Source of the DNA: the human T2T-CHM13v2.0 reference genome, Homo sapiens
DNA: 64,000 nt
NCBI RefSeq assembly: GCF_009914755.1
Contig: NC_060931.1
Reading direction: 5' to 3' (one strand)
A model generated the notes under the pieces. The model had not been told where the DNA came from, did not search any database, and saw nothing but the letters and a program-made list of their open reading frames with translations. Both the position numbers and the translations under genes were made by a program. Each line of letters starts with the position of its first letter. Position 1 is the stretch's first letter. Positions 43,291 through 58,428 of this stretch are shown here, piece after piece.

Positions 43291-46162
43291 CCTCTTCCAC
43301 ATTAACTGTGTTACTGGAGAAGTTCAGATGTGCAGATGAGGGAGTGTACATGGCACCATGCTGAAGTATGGTGGGGCCTGATTCCACGCCTTCACCCCCA
43401 GGAAGGGCTGTTCTGTTGGCTTCCAGGCACCTCTGGGACATGCTCTTCTACTGCCAGAGAGAACGCCTTTTGTTTTGGACCAGGAGCATTAGAGCGGTTC
43501 ATTTTCTCTCCAATTGACTGCTGATTGTGCTATCTGATCATCCTAGTATCTGATTCAGCAGGGCCCAGCCTGCAGGATCCTGAGAGGGAGCCCTTCCTGT
43601 AGGTTGCCCCAGCACCTCACGGGCCTCAGCAGTGTAATCCTGATCTTTCATAGACACTAGATTCTCAAATCCAGGAATCTGGGCCTTTCCTCTTGGCCTG
43701 AGGATCAAGGTGGGGTCCTCCGTGAAGGGGCCTAGGCCTGACTCTAAATGCCCCAGGTTTTGGCTCCATGGCATTTGAGGTAACTGATCTGCAGGTTTTG
43801 GCTAAATGTGTCCAATGAATTATCTATGTTCCTACATCTATAAGGCAAAGTCCAATACTAGCTATTTTTTTTCCAATGAGAAGGATGCTGACTTTAAAGA
43901 GTAATAATCTCTATGTCTTTTTTATCTTCTTCAGTGCAAAAAAATCCCAATTTCACTTAGTAATTTCCTGACCTGGTAGCAATTAATCCACCTTGATGGC
44001 TGGGGTTCAGGTCCTTCTAATTTACAATTTCCCTCTATTTGCTGTCATCTGTAACCTCTCAAATTGTGACTGGTTTAGTTCTTGACATTATTTGTGTTAA
44101 TAATTTTAAAAGTAATAATAACCATAATAATCGTAATCATAATGAAATAATGACAATAGCAACTATAGTTACTATGTTTTAGGTGCCACTCTAATGCTTT
44201 CCCTTATTATCTCTTCTGTCTCAAAACCATTGCCAAGTAGGTATTTTGGTCCCCATTTTAAAATGAGGAAACCAGTGCTCAGAGACACTAAGAAATTCCC
44301 CAAGGTCACCTTTAGCTTAAGCAGCGAAGCCAAGATTTCTATCCAAGCCTGACTTACCGAAGAGACTGTAGTCTTGGCCACTATACTCAAGTGCCTTCCA
44401 TGACTCGTTTTCTCTGGATCTAACACATGACGGCCAAGCTCAAGGATTTCCACATCGGAGGCCTAATTTTATATTCCAGTTCTGCCAATTTCTAGTTGAG
44501 TAACTTGGGGCTGATTATTTAATCTCTTCATCTATAAAATGAGGATAACAATTCCTTCCTCATGGGGTTCAGGTAAGGATTAGATAAGAAAATGCACAGT
44601 GCCTAGCACATAGTCAGTGTTCAATTACCAGCAGCTATAACTGCTACATTTCTGCTAGTTTCCTTATACTTTTTATCCCATGCAAAATGCCTACTCCTTT
44701 CTCTTGCAGGTTGTATTCCCACTGCACACCAATTTCAAGTTCTGGAATTTATTCTGCACTGATTTGTATACAATAACAGGGCAGTCTCACAGCAATAACA
44801 GGAAAACAAAACTAATTTAAGAAACAGCATCCCCCCAAAAAATACTCAGAGGATATGACAAGTGTGCCATCCTTCCTGGATCTCTTATTTTCTCTACCTT
44901 CAGTTTTTTAAAGGGGTCATTTCTCCCCTGGTGACAATATCAGCTGCTTCCCTATGACAGACAATGAACTAATATCTCTGCCAAATGTGTCTCAGTGACC
45001 ACTGCTTCTTCTTGTCACACCTGCTTTATCTCCTTCACCCAAACTGGTGTGACTCCATAATTTATAGCCAGAAGCCTCAGATATCTGGCTCTGCATGTGG
45101 GCTTCCTGGTAAGAGGTTCTTGGAACAATCTATCTTGGCTGCCACATGGTGGTACCCATCTGTGGGTACCGTTTTTTCATCTCTGCCCCTCTTCTCCCGA
45201 AGCTTCATCTATCACTCTCACCAGAACACCATGTACACTTAAAGACATTCTTTCCCGTTGTGTCTCCTGGGATCATCTTAGGTTGTGTTTATGGCTACAG
45301 TACTGGACTCAAAAGAACATAACCTGGTCAGGGGATGCACAGCTAGGTTTTCATTTAATTAAGGGGAAAAAGCAAAAACCAACAGTCCAGTCATTGTTTA
45401 ATGAAGGGGGTTTTCAGACTTCAGTCTGGCAACCAGTAGAGCATGCAAACTAAATTCCTTTCCATGAACAGGTTTACGGTGCCAAAGCACCACCTACATT
45501 CTAGACATAGCTGTTCACCTGCCCAGAGGCAACCTGAGAAAGAAAAAAACTGGGTTTTTGCTTTGTTTCCATCTGATCTCTTCTCTCACCCTTAGTTCCT
45601 GTTTTTACAAATCTGGATCATTACCAAAGAAGACTCAACATTCAGAGGGTAACAAGGAACTGACTGGTGTCAAAAACAAGTAACAAAGCAGAAGGGAAAG
45701 TAAGGAATTGGAGTTCTCCAGCTAGAGTGGGGGAGGAGGACTAGAGTGGAAAGAAGATGGGGAAGCAGTCCTAACAGTTCTTAGAGAATCCGCAAGCTGG
45801 ATTAGGGAAGCCAACCTCCACAGGCTGCACAGGTCTCTTCACTCCCCTCATTTCAACCCTCAACATGGGAAACACATCACCTCTGTCTGGGTTTGGCTGC
45901 TGTAGGCATTTCTTTCTGGTAAAAGGCGTGTTGGTCACTTTTCAGCCAGGAGCTTCAGGCAGAGGGTAGTGGCCCATAGGCTGGAGTGGTTTCACAGAGA
46001 ATGGTTCACTTGGTAATTCTGCAACCTGCTGGCTTCTGCCAATTTACAAGTCAGAATCTCTGGGGGAAGTCAGAGAATTCTTGTATGCAATAACATGTGA
46101 GAATCCCTGAGAGAAAACATATCGAGACTCAATAATCTAGGCAAATGTTCAAGTATCCATTT

Positions 46163-46677
46163 TGTACAGAATAATAACTCCCTAAAGATGTTAGTGTCTT
46201 AATTCCTAGAATATGTTAGGTTAGAGGGCAAAAGAGAATTCAGGTTGCAGATGGAATTAAAGTTGCTAATCAACTGGCCTTAAAATAGGGAGATTATCCT
46301 GGATTATCCAGGTGGCCCAAATGTCATCATAAGAGTCCTTTTAGAAGACAGAGGTAGAAGACAAGAGTCAGAGAAGGAAACATGACCATGGAGATTATGT
46401 GCTGTGAGAAGGACTCAGGCTGCCTTTGCAGGCTTTGAAGCTGGAGGAAGGGACCATAAGCCAAGGAATGCGAGCAGCCTCTAGACACTGCAAGAGGCAA
46501 GAAAAGAGATTCTCCCTTAGAGCCTCCAGAAGTACCACAACCCTACTGGTCCTTGATTTCAGCCCAGGGAGACCTGTGTCAGACTTCTAATCTGCAGAAT
46601 TGTGAAATAAAATGTGCGTTGTTTTAAGACATTAAGTTTGTGGCAATTTGTTATAGCAGCAAGAGAAAACTAATATA
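46163..46677 (+). mobile_element. MLT1D-like MaLR LTR
   Basis: GGTTGCAGATGGAATTAAAGTTGCTAATCA...GGAGATTATCCTGGATTATCCAGG...AAACTAATATA. Confidence 0.85.
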
Positions 46678-48213
46678 AAGAAGTTACTGCAGATAAATGA
46701 CTGCATTCAATGACATCAATAGATATGATATAAAAAATGCACACATACAGAATATTTCTGAAAGGCATAAAGTTTAAGAGACTGGGAAGGCCTATTATCA
46801 CTCTCCTCCATCCCGCTCTGTGCCCTGTTAGGCAGACCCCTATGGGCTAGACCACCCGATTCCACCTGGCTCCCAGTTGGGCTCTACCTATGGGAGGCAC
46901 CAAGCAAGAGACTGGAGGGTGCTCAGGCTCCAGTGCTGACCTTGCACTTGTATGACCCTCAGGGTGAGTGTCTCCTTGCATTGCACGCTCTAGGCATCTC
47001 ACTTGCCTCACTCAACACAACACTGACGAAGAAATAAGAAGCCCTCTCTAGGGGCCAAGAAAGCCTTCCAGAAAAGACGACAGGCTGACGGCTACTGTGA
47101 GCCCAACGACAAAGGATCTGGAATTTTTCACCATTTCTTACATGCCCCAACCTGACCACATCCCACCACAGGCTGCTTTGGGGTGAACTATGTCAGAGGC
47201 CATGTAGTTGAGAGAGCAGGAAAGAAAAGTCAAGAAAATATAACTCAATAGTACCAGGAGAAACAACGTAACTTGAAAACCACCCTGGACCAAGCAATTT
47301 ACTCAGTTACTACAGATGCAACCCAGCTATATGCAAATCACATGAAAATATAAATAACACCCTCCATAGGGATAGCTTTTTCTTTGCTTTCTCTAGCCTG
47401 TAAAACAAATCCAATTTGGAGGATGAAAACAGAAAATTACTCTGCAGTGGAATAAGATTTGCTTCTCAGCGCTTCCAGCAATACCCGCAACAGCACCTCT
47501 AAGCTAAAAATGTCTTGTTCATACAGAAGAATGGCATAATCTAGAGGTGAACTACATAGGATTGGTGAAGTAGAAAAACATACCCACCTCTGTCTATAGA
47601 GATTTGGGAAAGTGATGGCCTTTCCTGCCAGAAGCCTTCCTAGATCGGCAATCCTCCCAATCTTCTAAAGATCCATAGAGTCTGAGTTCAGTTCTGTCTC
47701 CTCTGTGGCCCCCACAGAACAGAATATGCTCAATAAGTGGGTACTGAGTGCATGAAGGAGTCCACAGACAGCGCAGCTATACAAGGCCATGGCTGACTAG
47801 ATATAAACATACTTAGCCACGCATTACCTGTTCACTTCAGGAATCTCCTTACTTCCTATCCTCCTTGGGCTCCCCTGACCCATCCCTGCCCTAAGTATTT
47901 TTAGAACAAAAATACAACAAAATGATAGGAAGAAGACTGTGGCAGGAAGAAGGTGGTAGTATTAACACTCCAAATAAGGCTGCAAGAAATTTAGAAGTTG
48001 GACACTTCCCACTCCCGCAGAAAACATTTGTTTCCTGCCCATAAATAGGAACACCATGCAGGTTTGCTTATTTTTAGAAAAACAAAAATCTTATTTTTAG
48101 AAAAAATCTATGAGATTTTTTTTTAAAGACCTGTAGCTCGGTAGGCTAACATTTCTACCCTCAAACGGCAAGCCAGGTCTTGAACACTGGTGTTCTTTCT
48201 GTTGGGCACCTAC

Positions 48214-48332
48214 CTGAGCTGGGAAGAACCAGAAGAAGAGGTTGCTGTTGTAAGTCTTATTCACGGTGAGGAAGCCGGCATAACTCTTCATGTTCAGTCC
48301 TGGGAAAGGGCCGACCAAACTCAATTCTCTTC
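48214..48332 (-). CDS. CPVL: CPVL coding exon 2 (aa 57-96)
   Basis: RELSLVGPFPGLNMKSYAGFLTVNKTYNSNLFFWFFPAQ; polypyrimidine+TAG acceptor; CAG|GTAGGT donor; 119 nt; NKT sequon at N81. Confidence 0.97.
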
Positions 48333-49086
48333 CTAGTGGGGGAAAAAAAATTTACCCAAGGATTACAGAAAACAATAACAACAAAAATGTGAGCCATCTA
48401 TCTCAGTCTGGATGAAATGGAGTGATTAGATAAGCTAAAAGGGAACTGGTATGACAGGTAGTTCCTTCAGCAAATTCCAGCCTGCCCCTGGCCAATCCCA
48501 CATAGTCCACGTTCACAATTTAGCCAAGGATATGTGAAAGTTTTAAGCCTTTGGGGAGGGGTGCCCAAATATATTTTATAAGCTGTAATAAGGTTTTTTT
48601 TAAGTTCTTTTAAAAAGAAGAAAAGAAAATCTCCTATCATTACACCTTGCATAAACCAAGGTGATCACCTTAGGCCACATGGAAAGGAGCAGGATAAAGT
48701 AACCTGACCTGAAACAGTGGGGTGCAAGAGTAACAATGTGGTGAAGCAGCTCTCGGCCTCGCCCCGAGAAGGCCTGTGTCCTTCACGCTCTTGTTTTCAT
48801 GAAGGCAAAAAGCCTGTCACATCTACTAAGAGGAGTGGGCTGAGGCATATGGGAGTGTGGGTGGCTGTGGACATTGGGGAAAGGTGGACAGTGGTGGACA
48901 GTGGGGAGACTGGGAGTGACCTCATGGCTACTCAGGGGGAGCCAAATAGGACAATGGGGCAGTTGTGGGGGCCAGGGGTCCTGGCGTTCTTATGGCACCA
49001 TTGGGACAGGCACAGGGAAGGAGTAATTGGGGATGCTTAGACAGCCAAGGATGCCCAGGAGTAAAGAATGCTACTAGGAGCTGACA

Positions 49087-49983
49087 TTTACAAGGCCAGA
49101 ATACCAGGGCTTTACATGATGTGGGAAGTACAATTCTCATTCCCACTTTACAGATAAGAAAGCTGAAGCACAGAGAGGTTAAGTGACTTGCCAGCTAGTA
49201 GAGGAGAGCTGGGATTAAACACAGCAGTCAGGCTGCAGAGTTTGTTCCTTCCCCCAGGGCTTTCAACTAGAGTGAGTCAGAAGGTGCAGGTGGCAAGGAG
49301 TGGGAAGGGAAGTAGTGGTCAGGAAGGGAGTGGCAAAGGAACAGAAAACAGCAGAATGTGGTGGCGAAGTAAAAGGGAAAGTTTGGGTGAAGAAGAATCC
49401 TTTAGTGGTGACAAAGAATGTGTCCCCAGTAGGAACCAGTCACTCAAGAAAAGCGATGTAAGTCTGAGCCATATTAAGTTGGAGACTGGCTAGTAGGTCA
49501 GGAAGCTTGACTCCTCACATGCCATCGACTAAAGATGCCTTTGACGGTAGGTGGAGCCCTTAGGCTCTGGAAGGCTAATTGTTAGCATCTTTTCCCAGCT
49601 CAGCATTCAGAGACATTGACAGGATAAAATAAGCCAAGGTGACAATATTAACACTCAAGGGAATAGATGCTACAAGTCAGGGTCCTGACTGCAAGGGCTG
49701 GTTGCTAAACTTTTACCAGCACACTGCTGTTTTGGGACCACTAGTTCCTATTTTACAAGGCCAGAATACCAGGGCTTTACATGATGTGGGAAGTATAGTT
49801 CTCATTCCCACTTTACAGATAAGAAAGCTGAAGCACAGAGAGGTTAAGTGACTTGCCAGCTAGTAGAGGAGAGCTGGGATTAAACACAGCAGTCAGGCTG
49901 CAGAGTTTGTTCCTTCCCCCAGGGCTTTCAACTAGAGTGAGTCAGAAGGTGCAGGTGGCAAGGAGTGGGAAGGGAAGTAGTGG
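49087..49983 (+). repeat. 232-bp direct duplication (49087-49318 and 49752-49983) containing a minus-strand MIR
   Basis: Copies align at constant offset 665 with 2 mismatches seen. Confidence 0.95.
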
Positions 49984-49992
49984 CATGCCTCT

Positions 49993-50189
<197 letters not shown>

Positions 50190-53010
50190 CTAGACCACAC
50201 AGTTCCTTTGCTGATCCTAGTGCTCCTATAGACCAGCTGGTGACCCACCATACAGGCATTTAACCTCCCTGTTCTTCAGTTTCTCCTCTATGGAAGATGT
50301 ACTGCCTGTGGGCCACCTGGATTAAAAGAGCCCCCACATGTAAAATCTATATAAAGAAGCTGGCAGGTAGGGAGCAGAACTACTGTTGCTGTCTGTGAAA
50401 TGCACCTGCTGACTAGGAACAGGGAGCACCTCTGAGCAGAGGAGGTCATGGGGACAAAAGAAAGGTCTCAACAGGTGGTCCTTGAGGGTCCTGTTAGGCT
50501 AGCACAATAGAAGAGCATGGGTTTCCTAGCCTGACAGACCTGGGTTTGGAATCCTAACTAGATTAGGACTCCCCAGCAAGTTGCTCCATCTCTCTGGGCC
50601 TCTTTCCTTTTATGCAAAATATAAATACTGATTCCGCTATCCTGGGCTTTCTGTGAGGATCAAACAACAAAAATGCATATGAACCCTTAGCCTAGCACTG
50701 CACATAAAATATGGGTTCAGTCAATTGGAAGGGAAAGTTATCATTAGCCTTTGGCCACTCCAAGTGAAGTCTAGAAGAATTTCCTTTTTCTGGCTCAGCC
50801 TGGTTCTCCCAGGGAAGATTGCTTAATGCAACCTCTGCAGGTCTTCACATTCTGTTCCCAATGAGGTCTATCCCTCCTCCATCAGAAAAAAAGCCAGAGA
50901 AAAAGAGAGAGAGGTGAGGATCTTATGAGAAAGAAAAGGGAGGTGTTTGGGGAAAGTGGTTTTTGCCACTCCTCCCCTCCCACTCTTCCCGCCATCTGTC
51001 GTTTTTCTTCTCCCTTTCTTCACTTCCACTCTTAATTAGCCCAGAGAAAGATCACCCCCCAGGGCTGGGCAGCCTTTAAAATGCTTTTGAAATATTTTTA
51101 GCAAAACTATTAATCTTCTCAAAATCAAACAGATACCACCCCCTGCCTCCCAAAAAAAAAAGGAGAGTAGAGAAGTAAAAACTGTGGATTGGAAATGAGT
51201 GAGATGTGGACCACAGAGAGGTAAATGGGAAGAAGAGGATTTGAGAAAGACAACACAAAAATGAGAAAGGTCAAAGTATAATGAGAAAAAGAGAAAATAT
51301 ATAATAGAAAGGAGCTGGAGGGAATGGAACAGAGGAAAGGATGATTCAATCAATCTATCTCTCCCAAGACCAGCACCACACAGGGTCCACAGACTGCTCT
51401 CAAATGATTCAGATGTTCACTCATCCCTCCCTTCCTGAGGATGCCAAAGTAGCTTCTCTACTACCTTTTACTTGAGTATGTTTCAGACCTTCCCTCCTAG
51501 GTCAGGAGGTTGGAAAGTGGGGAATTTGTGTTATTTAACTTTGCATACCTTGGGACTCGGCATGCTGACTTACACACCTAAGACATTCAATAAATACTTT
51601 TTAATGAATGAATGTTAACAAATGAATGGATGAACAAGTCAATAAATGAATGAACTAAAACAAGCCCTACTGACAAGGCACCAAGATTGGCTTATTTCTA
51701 CAAAAACCTCCTAAGGCAGACCTTGCTAAAAGATCTTAAGAAATTTAGAACTTTTCTCTAGCCCATAAAAAAAGTTTTGCCCTGTTTCAAATTTTAAATT
51801 TCCACTAACTAAATCCCAGTAAAATAATTTAAAATGTCATCAACTAAAATGACTTTTTATATTTTCAAATGTCCTGTGCATCCTTCTATTAATGGAATGT
51901 GGAAAACAAACTCCCAAGATGGAGGAGTTTCTATCTTTCCAGCACCATGACTCACAATACAAATGTTTAGAACAGTTTTAAAAAGGAAAAGGTTTTCTTT
52001 GAAGTGATTTTACTTCCTCCTTGTTTTTTACTGCTGCAACCAATGTTTGTGATATTAACACTTTCAAAAACATTGGAATGTGACCAACAAAGGGCTTGAA
52101 CCAGCTAATCAGCATGCATGCCAGATTCACAAACACTCAAGTTATCACCAGTGTGGACAGACATTATCAGATCATAAGTAACAATAAATTAGGACCTACC
52201 AGTAAAATAGTCTTTAAAGTGTGAAAATGCAGTGTTTATAAACAAGCTAAAATGTGCCTCCTACTTCATTTTGTTTCAGGGAGTAAAGATTTATTCTAGC
52301 TTCAGAGAAAGTAAACATGCAATTACAATTACATAAAACTAAGCCAGCTAATTGAGGATTTAAAAATTAAAAATTTCCCTTGTTTTTTTGCGAGCTACTG
52401 TTTATCTCGAAAATGTTCCATTGCAATAATAAGACTCACGTTCCTAGGGTTTTGACAGACTCGATAAACAAAAGGGATTTAGGGGAGTGAGCTGACCATC
52501 TGTCCAGAGCTTCCTGAACTTTCAGCAAAGCGGATGAATAAAATTATCCTTAATTATGTTGTCAGGGCTACATTTGAATACCCAGATGTACCAGATTTTG
52601 AATCAGCCACTTAAAATTCTGTTCAAAGAATTTGACTGTGTAACATAACTTCAGGAAGTGATATTATACACAGATTTAATATTTTAAATGTTGTCAATCA
52701 TCAGATGAAGATCTACCAATCTTGACATGGGAGGGTGGAAGATAAAACTACCTCCCTTGGAATCTTTCTTGGCTGCTGCTAATACCCATAACTGAGAAAT
52801 GCTCATAGGCAAGAAAGACAAGAACAGGAGAGATGTCAGTAGTCTCTCAGATGGATTTCTCTGTATTCTTTTTACTTGGTTCCACCAGATGTATGATACA
52901 GAAACACCATGGTCACTTTCACTTAATGCCTTTGTTTAAGCTGTTTCTCTCATTTGGTACGCACAGACCTTTCGCTATTTACGTAAATCTTACCCGACAC
53001 TCTGAAGTCC

Positions 53011-53146
53011 AGAGCTGGTCATACAGCATAGTGGTTCATATCATGGGCTCTGGGGTTGGCCAGTATAGGGTTTAATTCAGAGCTGCTCATATAGCATAGT
53101 GGTTCATACCATGGGCCCTGGGGTTGGCCAGTATAGGTTTTAATTC
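53011..53146 (+). repeat. 68-bp two-copy tandem duplication at the 5' part of a MIR (MIR continues to about 53320)
   Basis: 53011-53078 vs 53079-53146, 5 mismatches. Confidence 0.92.
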
Positions 53147-54712
53147 AAGCTCTGCCACTTACTAGTTTTATGGCCCTAGGCAAGATATTTGATTTCTCCG
53201 GGCCTCAGTGTTCTCATTTGTAAAATGGGAACAATGCTTATGGATTCTTCATTAGGGTTGCTCTGAGAACTACATGAGCTAATGGATGTAAAGCACAATG
53301 CCTGGCACATGGTTGGTACCCAAATTTAAATTCCATACATATTTATACATACCTATTATGTATAGGTACTATGCTAGGTACTAGGGATATAATGACTAAA
53401 TGTTAGCTACTTATTATTTTTACAACTACGACAGCTCTAGTATTTTCTCCCTCGATTATGCCAACCGACAGGGATAGGTTCCTCCTCCGAATCTCCAGTG
53501 CACTTACTTTAAATGTAATACTTTAGTACTTTAGTATGCACTGCCTAATTCCTTAATTGTTTTGTGTGTATGCATCTGGTCACTTTAGAAGAACACTTTA
53601 GAAGCTTCTGAAACAAACAGAACTAAATTATAGTAGGCAAATCACAGAGCAGAAGTCAGAAGATTTGGGTCCTAAACCCATCTCTGCTACCCAACTCTAC
53701 TGCACACATCCCGTTGGGCAACTCGGATAAAGTATTTCAGTCTCAATTTCCTCATATGTGGATTGGTAGAATTTGGTTATAACAATTACTTAACTCCTTT
53801 TCATCCCTACATTAAATGGTTTGCTTTGATTTACTGTTAATGAACAGAAATCTAAGCCATCAGAATCCACTTGTTAAGGAAGCTGAAATACGTGCATGTA
53901 ATCCAATTTGGAGGGTTTAATGACACTTTGCCTCTTCACAAGCATCTTAATGGTATCAGCCCATATGGTGGGGCAGCCATCTTCCCAAGACTTCTCTTGT
54001 GAGGTAAAAATCAGTCCTTTTTAAAATACACTAAATACATTATCAAAGTTTTTCATCTTTCCTTAGAAAAGAGATGGTGAAACTTGAAGCCAATGTGTAT
54101 TTCAGAAAAAGACATATGAACAGCACTTACACAACCCTTAAAATACAAGAATGTCTTCGTGTAAAACGAAAACCAAAAAACAATGACATCCTATTGGCTG
54201 TGAGAACACTTTGAACGAATAAAACTTGCTTTATTTTAAACTTCTTTATAGAGTATTTAGATTTGCTTTTGATCTTTAAAATGACCATTTGTCTAAAATT
54301 TCCGGTGTTCTTCTTCATTCCCATCACATCTGCCAACCTGCCAGCTTCACAGGCACCATCTCTGCCTTCCCACCTGTGACAAGGGACAACCTTGGGGCCC
54401 CTGTGTGCCAGATCCCTGTCTCTCACCTTCTTAAACACAGTCTCCAACAATGGTTCCCCAAACCAAACCAATTCCCCACTCATCATTTCCATCAGCAAAC
54501 AAACATTCTCTCCTATTCTGTTAAAGACCCTTCCTGGACCCCAGTGCTCCCTCCAGCCACTACCCCATTTTTCTGCTGCTCTTTGCAAACAGCTCCTCAG
54601 AATAGCTACCTGTCTACTGTTTTATAGCTTAGGAACCTACTGAAGTCCAGAAAGTTGAAATCATTTACTCGCACAGTGATTAAGCGCAAAGAAGCATTAA
54701 GAGCAGATACAG

Positions 54713-55041
<329 letters not shown>

Positions 55042-55633
55042 CTAAGTGATACCTTTTTTCCTATTGGTAATAACAATAGAAAAACCCGCAATCTCTAAAT
55101 AAAGCCAATTGCAAACACTCATATTTGGAGAACAACTTATAGAGTACAAAAGATTTTCACGTGCCTTATCTCATTGGATTTTCATAACATCTCTGTAAGT
55201 TGGGTAAGTTGTTAAAGCTCCATCTTATCTTAATGAGAAAACTAAGGCCCAGACTTGCTGGATAACGGGGCACAGCAGGGAGGCTGCAGTGAGGCTGAGT
55301 ATGAAGCCTACACACCAGCTGATATCTGCATGAACTCTGGCTAGTAGCTCAATCTCTTTCTGCCTTGGTTTCACATGTGTAAAATGGGTCCACCTCCCCG
55401 GGATGTTGAGATGTTTAAATAAGTTCATGCAGAAAGCTTGGAACCAGTGATTGACTCATAGTAAGTTTTAAGGATAGTATTAGCATTAAGTGACCACTGG
55501 GGGACAGGCACTCTACTAGTCTTATAAATAAAATGCTGCAACTCAACCATGCAGGTAATTCAACCCCGGCTAATTCTCATTTTAGCTAAAAACTCAGACA
55601 ACATATGACATCAAGTCATTAATATTTGACATA

Positions 55634-56007
<374 letters not shown>

Positions 56008-56019
56008 TTACTTGTTTTA

Positions 56020-56368
<349 letters not shown>

Positions 56369-56382
56369 TTAAACTTACTTAC

Positions 56383-56551
56383 CTTTTTGGATCTTCCCAG
56401 CTTCAATGTAAGGGGTGAGAAATAATGGCTGTCCTGAGTCTCCCTTAGGTGGCATGGAAACACTTCTGTATAGGGAGCGAAACAGCCCATCACAGGGGCC
56501 AGGCATCAACAGGACCAGCGAAACAATCACCTTCCACATGGCACCAACCAT
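56383..56551 (-). CDS. CPVL: CPVL coding exon 1 (aa 1-57; signal peptide)
   Basis: ATG at 56551 (gagATGG) reads MVGAMWKVIVSLVLLMPGPCDGLFRSLYRSVSMPPKGDSGQPLFLTPYIEAGKIQK-G; acceptor AG at 56563-56562 leaves 10 nt UTR (exon starts 56561); donor G|GTAAGT; 169 nt. Confidence 0.97.
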
Positions 56552-56797
56552 CTCTCAGGGTCTAGGATAAAAACAGCATTCCAAAAATGAATCATAAGAG
56601 TAAATATTTACCTGGCCCTTTTACATGCAAGAAATTCATTTATTCACTTAAAAAAAATATTGTGTGTAAAGGCCCTCTGCAAGGACCTTGGATAGCACCA
56701 TAAATAAGCACACCCAATCCCTGCTCACTCTTAAATTCAAAGGCTAATGGGAGACTCTTCAAGGGATTTACAGTGTCAGTAATTTTTCAATTACTGA

Positions 56798-56945
56798 TTT
56801 TTTTTTTTTAAACAGAGTCTTGCTCTGTTGCTCAAGCTAGAGTACAGTAGCACAGTCACGTCTCACTGTTGCCTTGACCTCCTGAGCTCAAGCAATCCTC
56901 CCACCTCAGCCTCCCAAAGTGCTGGGATTATAGGAGTGAACCACT
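56798..56945 (-). mobile_element. Alu monomer/fragment (FLAM/AluJ-like)
   Basis: Poly-T, ACAGAGTCTTGCTCTGTTG...CCCAAAGTGCTGGGATTA. Confidence 0.85.
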
Positions 56946-57623
56946 GACATTTTTTAAAATGCAGTTTGGAAAGTAAATTCAATGGAGGATTAGATAAAGA
57001 CTCAGAACAACAAGAACTCTGTAACTGACCATAAATGGGTGGTAGAAACCATTATGCCACCACAGAAGGGCAGAGGATTGAAAGCACATTTCAGGCCGAA
57101 AGATCACAGAAAGGCCTTATCCAAGTTGGATATGGATAAAAGGTGAATGGTTCTCAGACAGGTGGGAGAAATGGGAAAGGCATCATGGGTGGGTGGAAAC
57201 AGCTTAAGCAAAGGTGAGACCTCAGGCATCCATGCACACCTTTCAGGGAAATTTCAAAGAAGCAATGGATTTCTGGTTATGTTCTCTATCTCTTATAAAG
57301 CCCCAGTTTGTATCAAAGAACAACAACAACAAAAACAAAAACAGGAAGGAAGAAAGAAAGGGGGGAGGGTCCTACAACTACCCTTAGGTTCCTCCCCTTA
57401 TTGCTAGCTGATAAGTAAATTAAAGACATTAGGCCCCAAACCATTAGCACAAAGCTTTCCAAAGATCTTCAGATCTGATGTTTGCTTAGAATATTCATCT
57501 GAGATTATAATAATAATGGCATAAAACTGTATAATTATTTACTTGAACATCAATATGTAAATTATATTTATAGTGGGCTTTCCCATGTATTTGTAGATGA
57601 TTTGAATCTCCTAATTCCACCAG

Positions 57624-58098
57624 TGTTACAGAAAAACGACTGAATGGTATTTGTTAAAGCATGGAGACAAAGACTTTGTCAGGATAATGACAGGCACAGG
57701 GACCTTGCAGTCAACAGTCTTGCAGCAAGGAAGAGAGATTGGGCTCAACTCCAAATGCAGCACGGGCCAGTGGGAATTTATAGCCAAGGAGCAGTGTGGG
57801 GGTCAGTGGATGGAAAATTACTCAAAGGAAGCGTTGGGGTAAGGTGGATCTGGCTAAACCTAACAGGATTCTCACTGAAGACAGGCCAGGGTGATCAGAC
57901 ATCACCTGGGGGATGGTGCAGGATGAGAAACCTGGTCAGACATTGAGGCGATCGGATGTTGATGTTGCTGGTTCTTGGTAAAACGACTTAGCTAGTGTCC
58001 TTTGCTAAAACTGGATTTTACAAGGACGTGCACAAACAGGCCTAGCAGGAGATTCAGAAGCCTGACTAAAATTTGGCCAAGGAAAAAAATCCTTGTCA
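57624..58098 (-). mobile_element. MER31-like ERV1 solo LTR
   Basis: Minus strand TGACAAGGA...CCAAATTTTAGTCAGGCT...TGTAAAATCCAGTTTTAGCAA...TAACA; 4-bp TSD CCAG (57620-23 / 58099-102). Confidence 0.85.
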
Positions 58099-58206
58099 CC
58101 AGGAAAGTGAGGACTATTGTCACCAAATTCAGGTAAGGAAAACTTGAATCAAAAGAGTGTCTCATGCAAGGACATGAAAGTAGAGAAACCAGGACTTGAC
58201 TCCACT

Positions 58207-58428
58207 CAAGGCCAGGACTAGGGAGAAGCGAGGGAGGTACAGATGCAGGGTCAGATCTCATCTTGATCTAAAATGTTGACCATTTTTATTATCATTAATT
58301 TTTCTCTGCATTATACAGTTTTTTAACTATTACATTAACATATTACTAGTCTTGAATTTTTTTTGACACTTTCTTAAGTTTTACACCTGAGGTAGTGCCT
58401 CTCTTGTCTCACCCTAATCCTGACCTTG
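58207..58428. mobile_element. hAT DNA transposon (MER96B-like)
   Basis: Terminal inverted repeats CAAGGCCAGGACTAGGG / CCCTAATCCTGACCTTG around an AT-rich core. Confidence 0.7.

Noticed and set aside
48097-48324. 75-aa ORF as a stand-alone gene
   Set aside because: It is CPVL coding exon 2 read through its donor site
54127-54643. Overlapping 153-, 112- and 83-aa ORFs
   Set aside because: Overlap L2-like degenerate sequence; no domain or splice support
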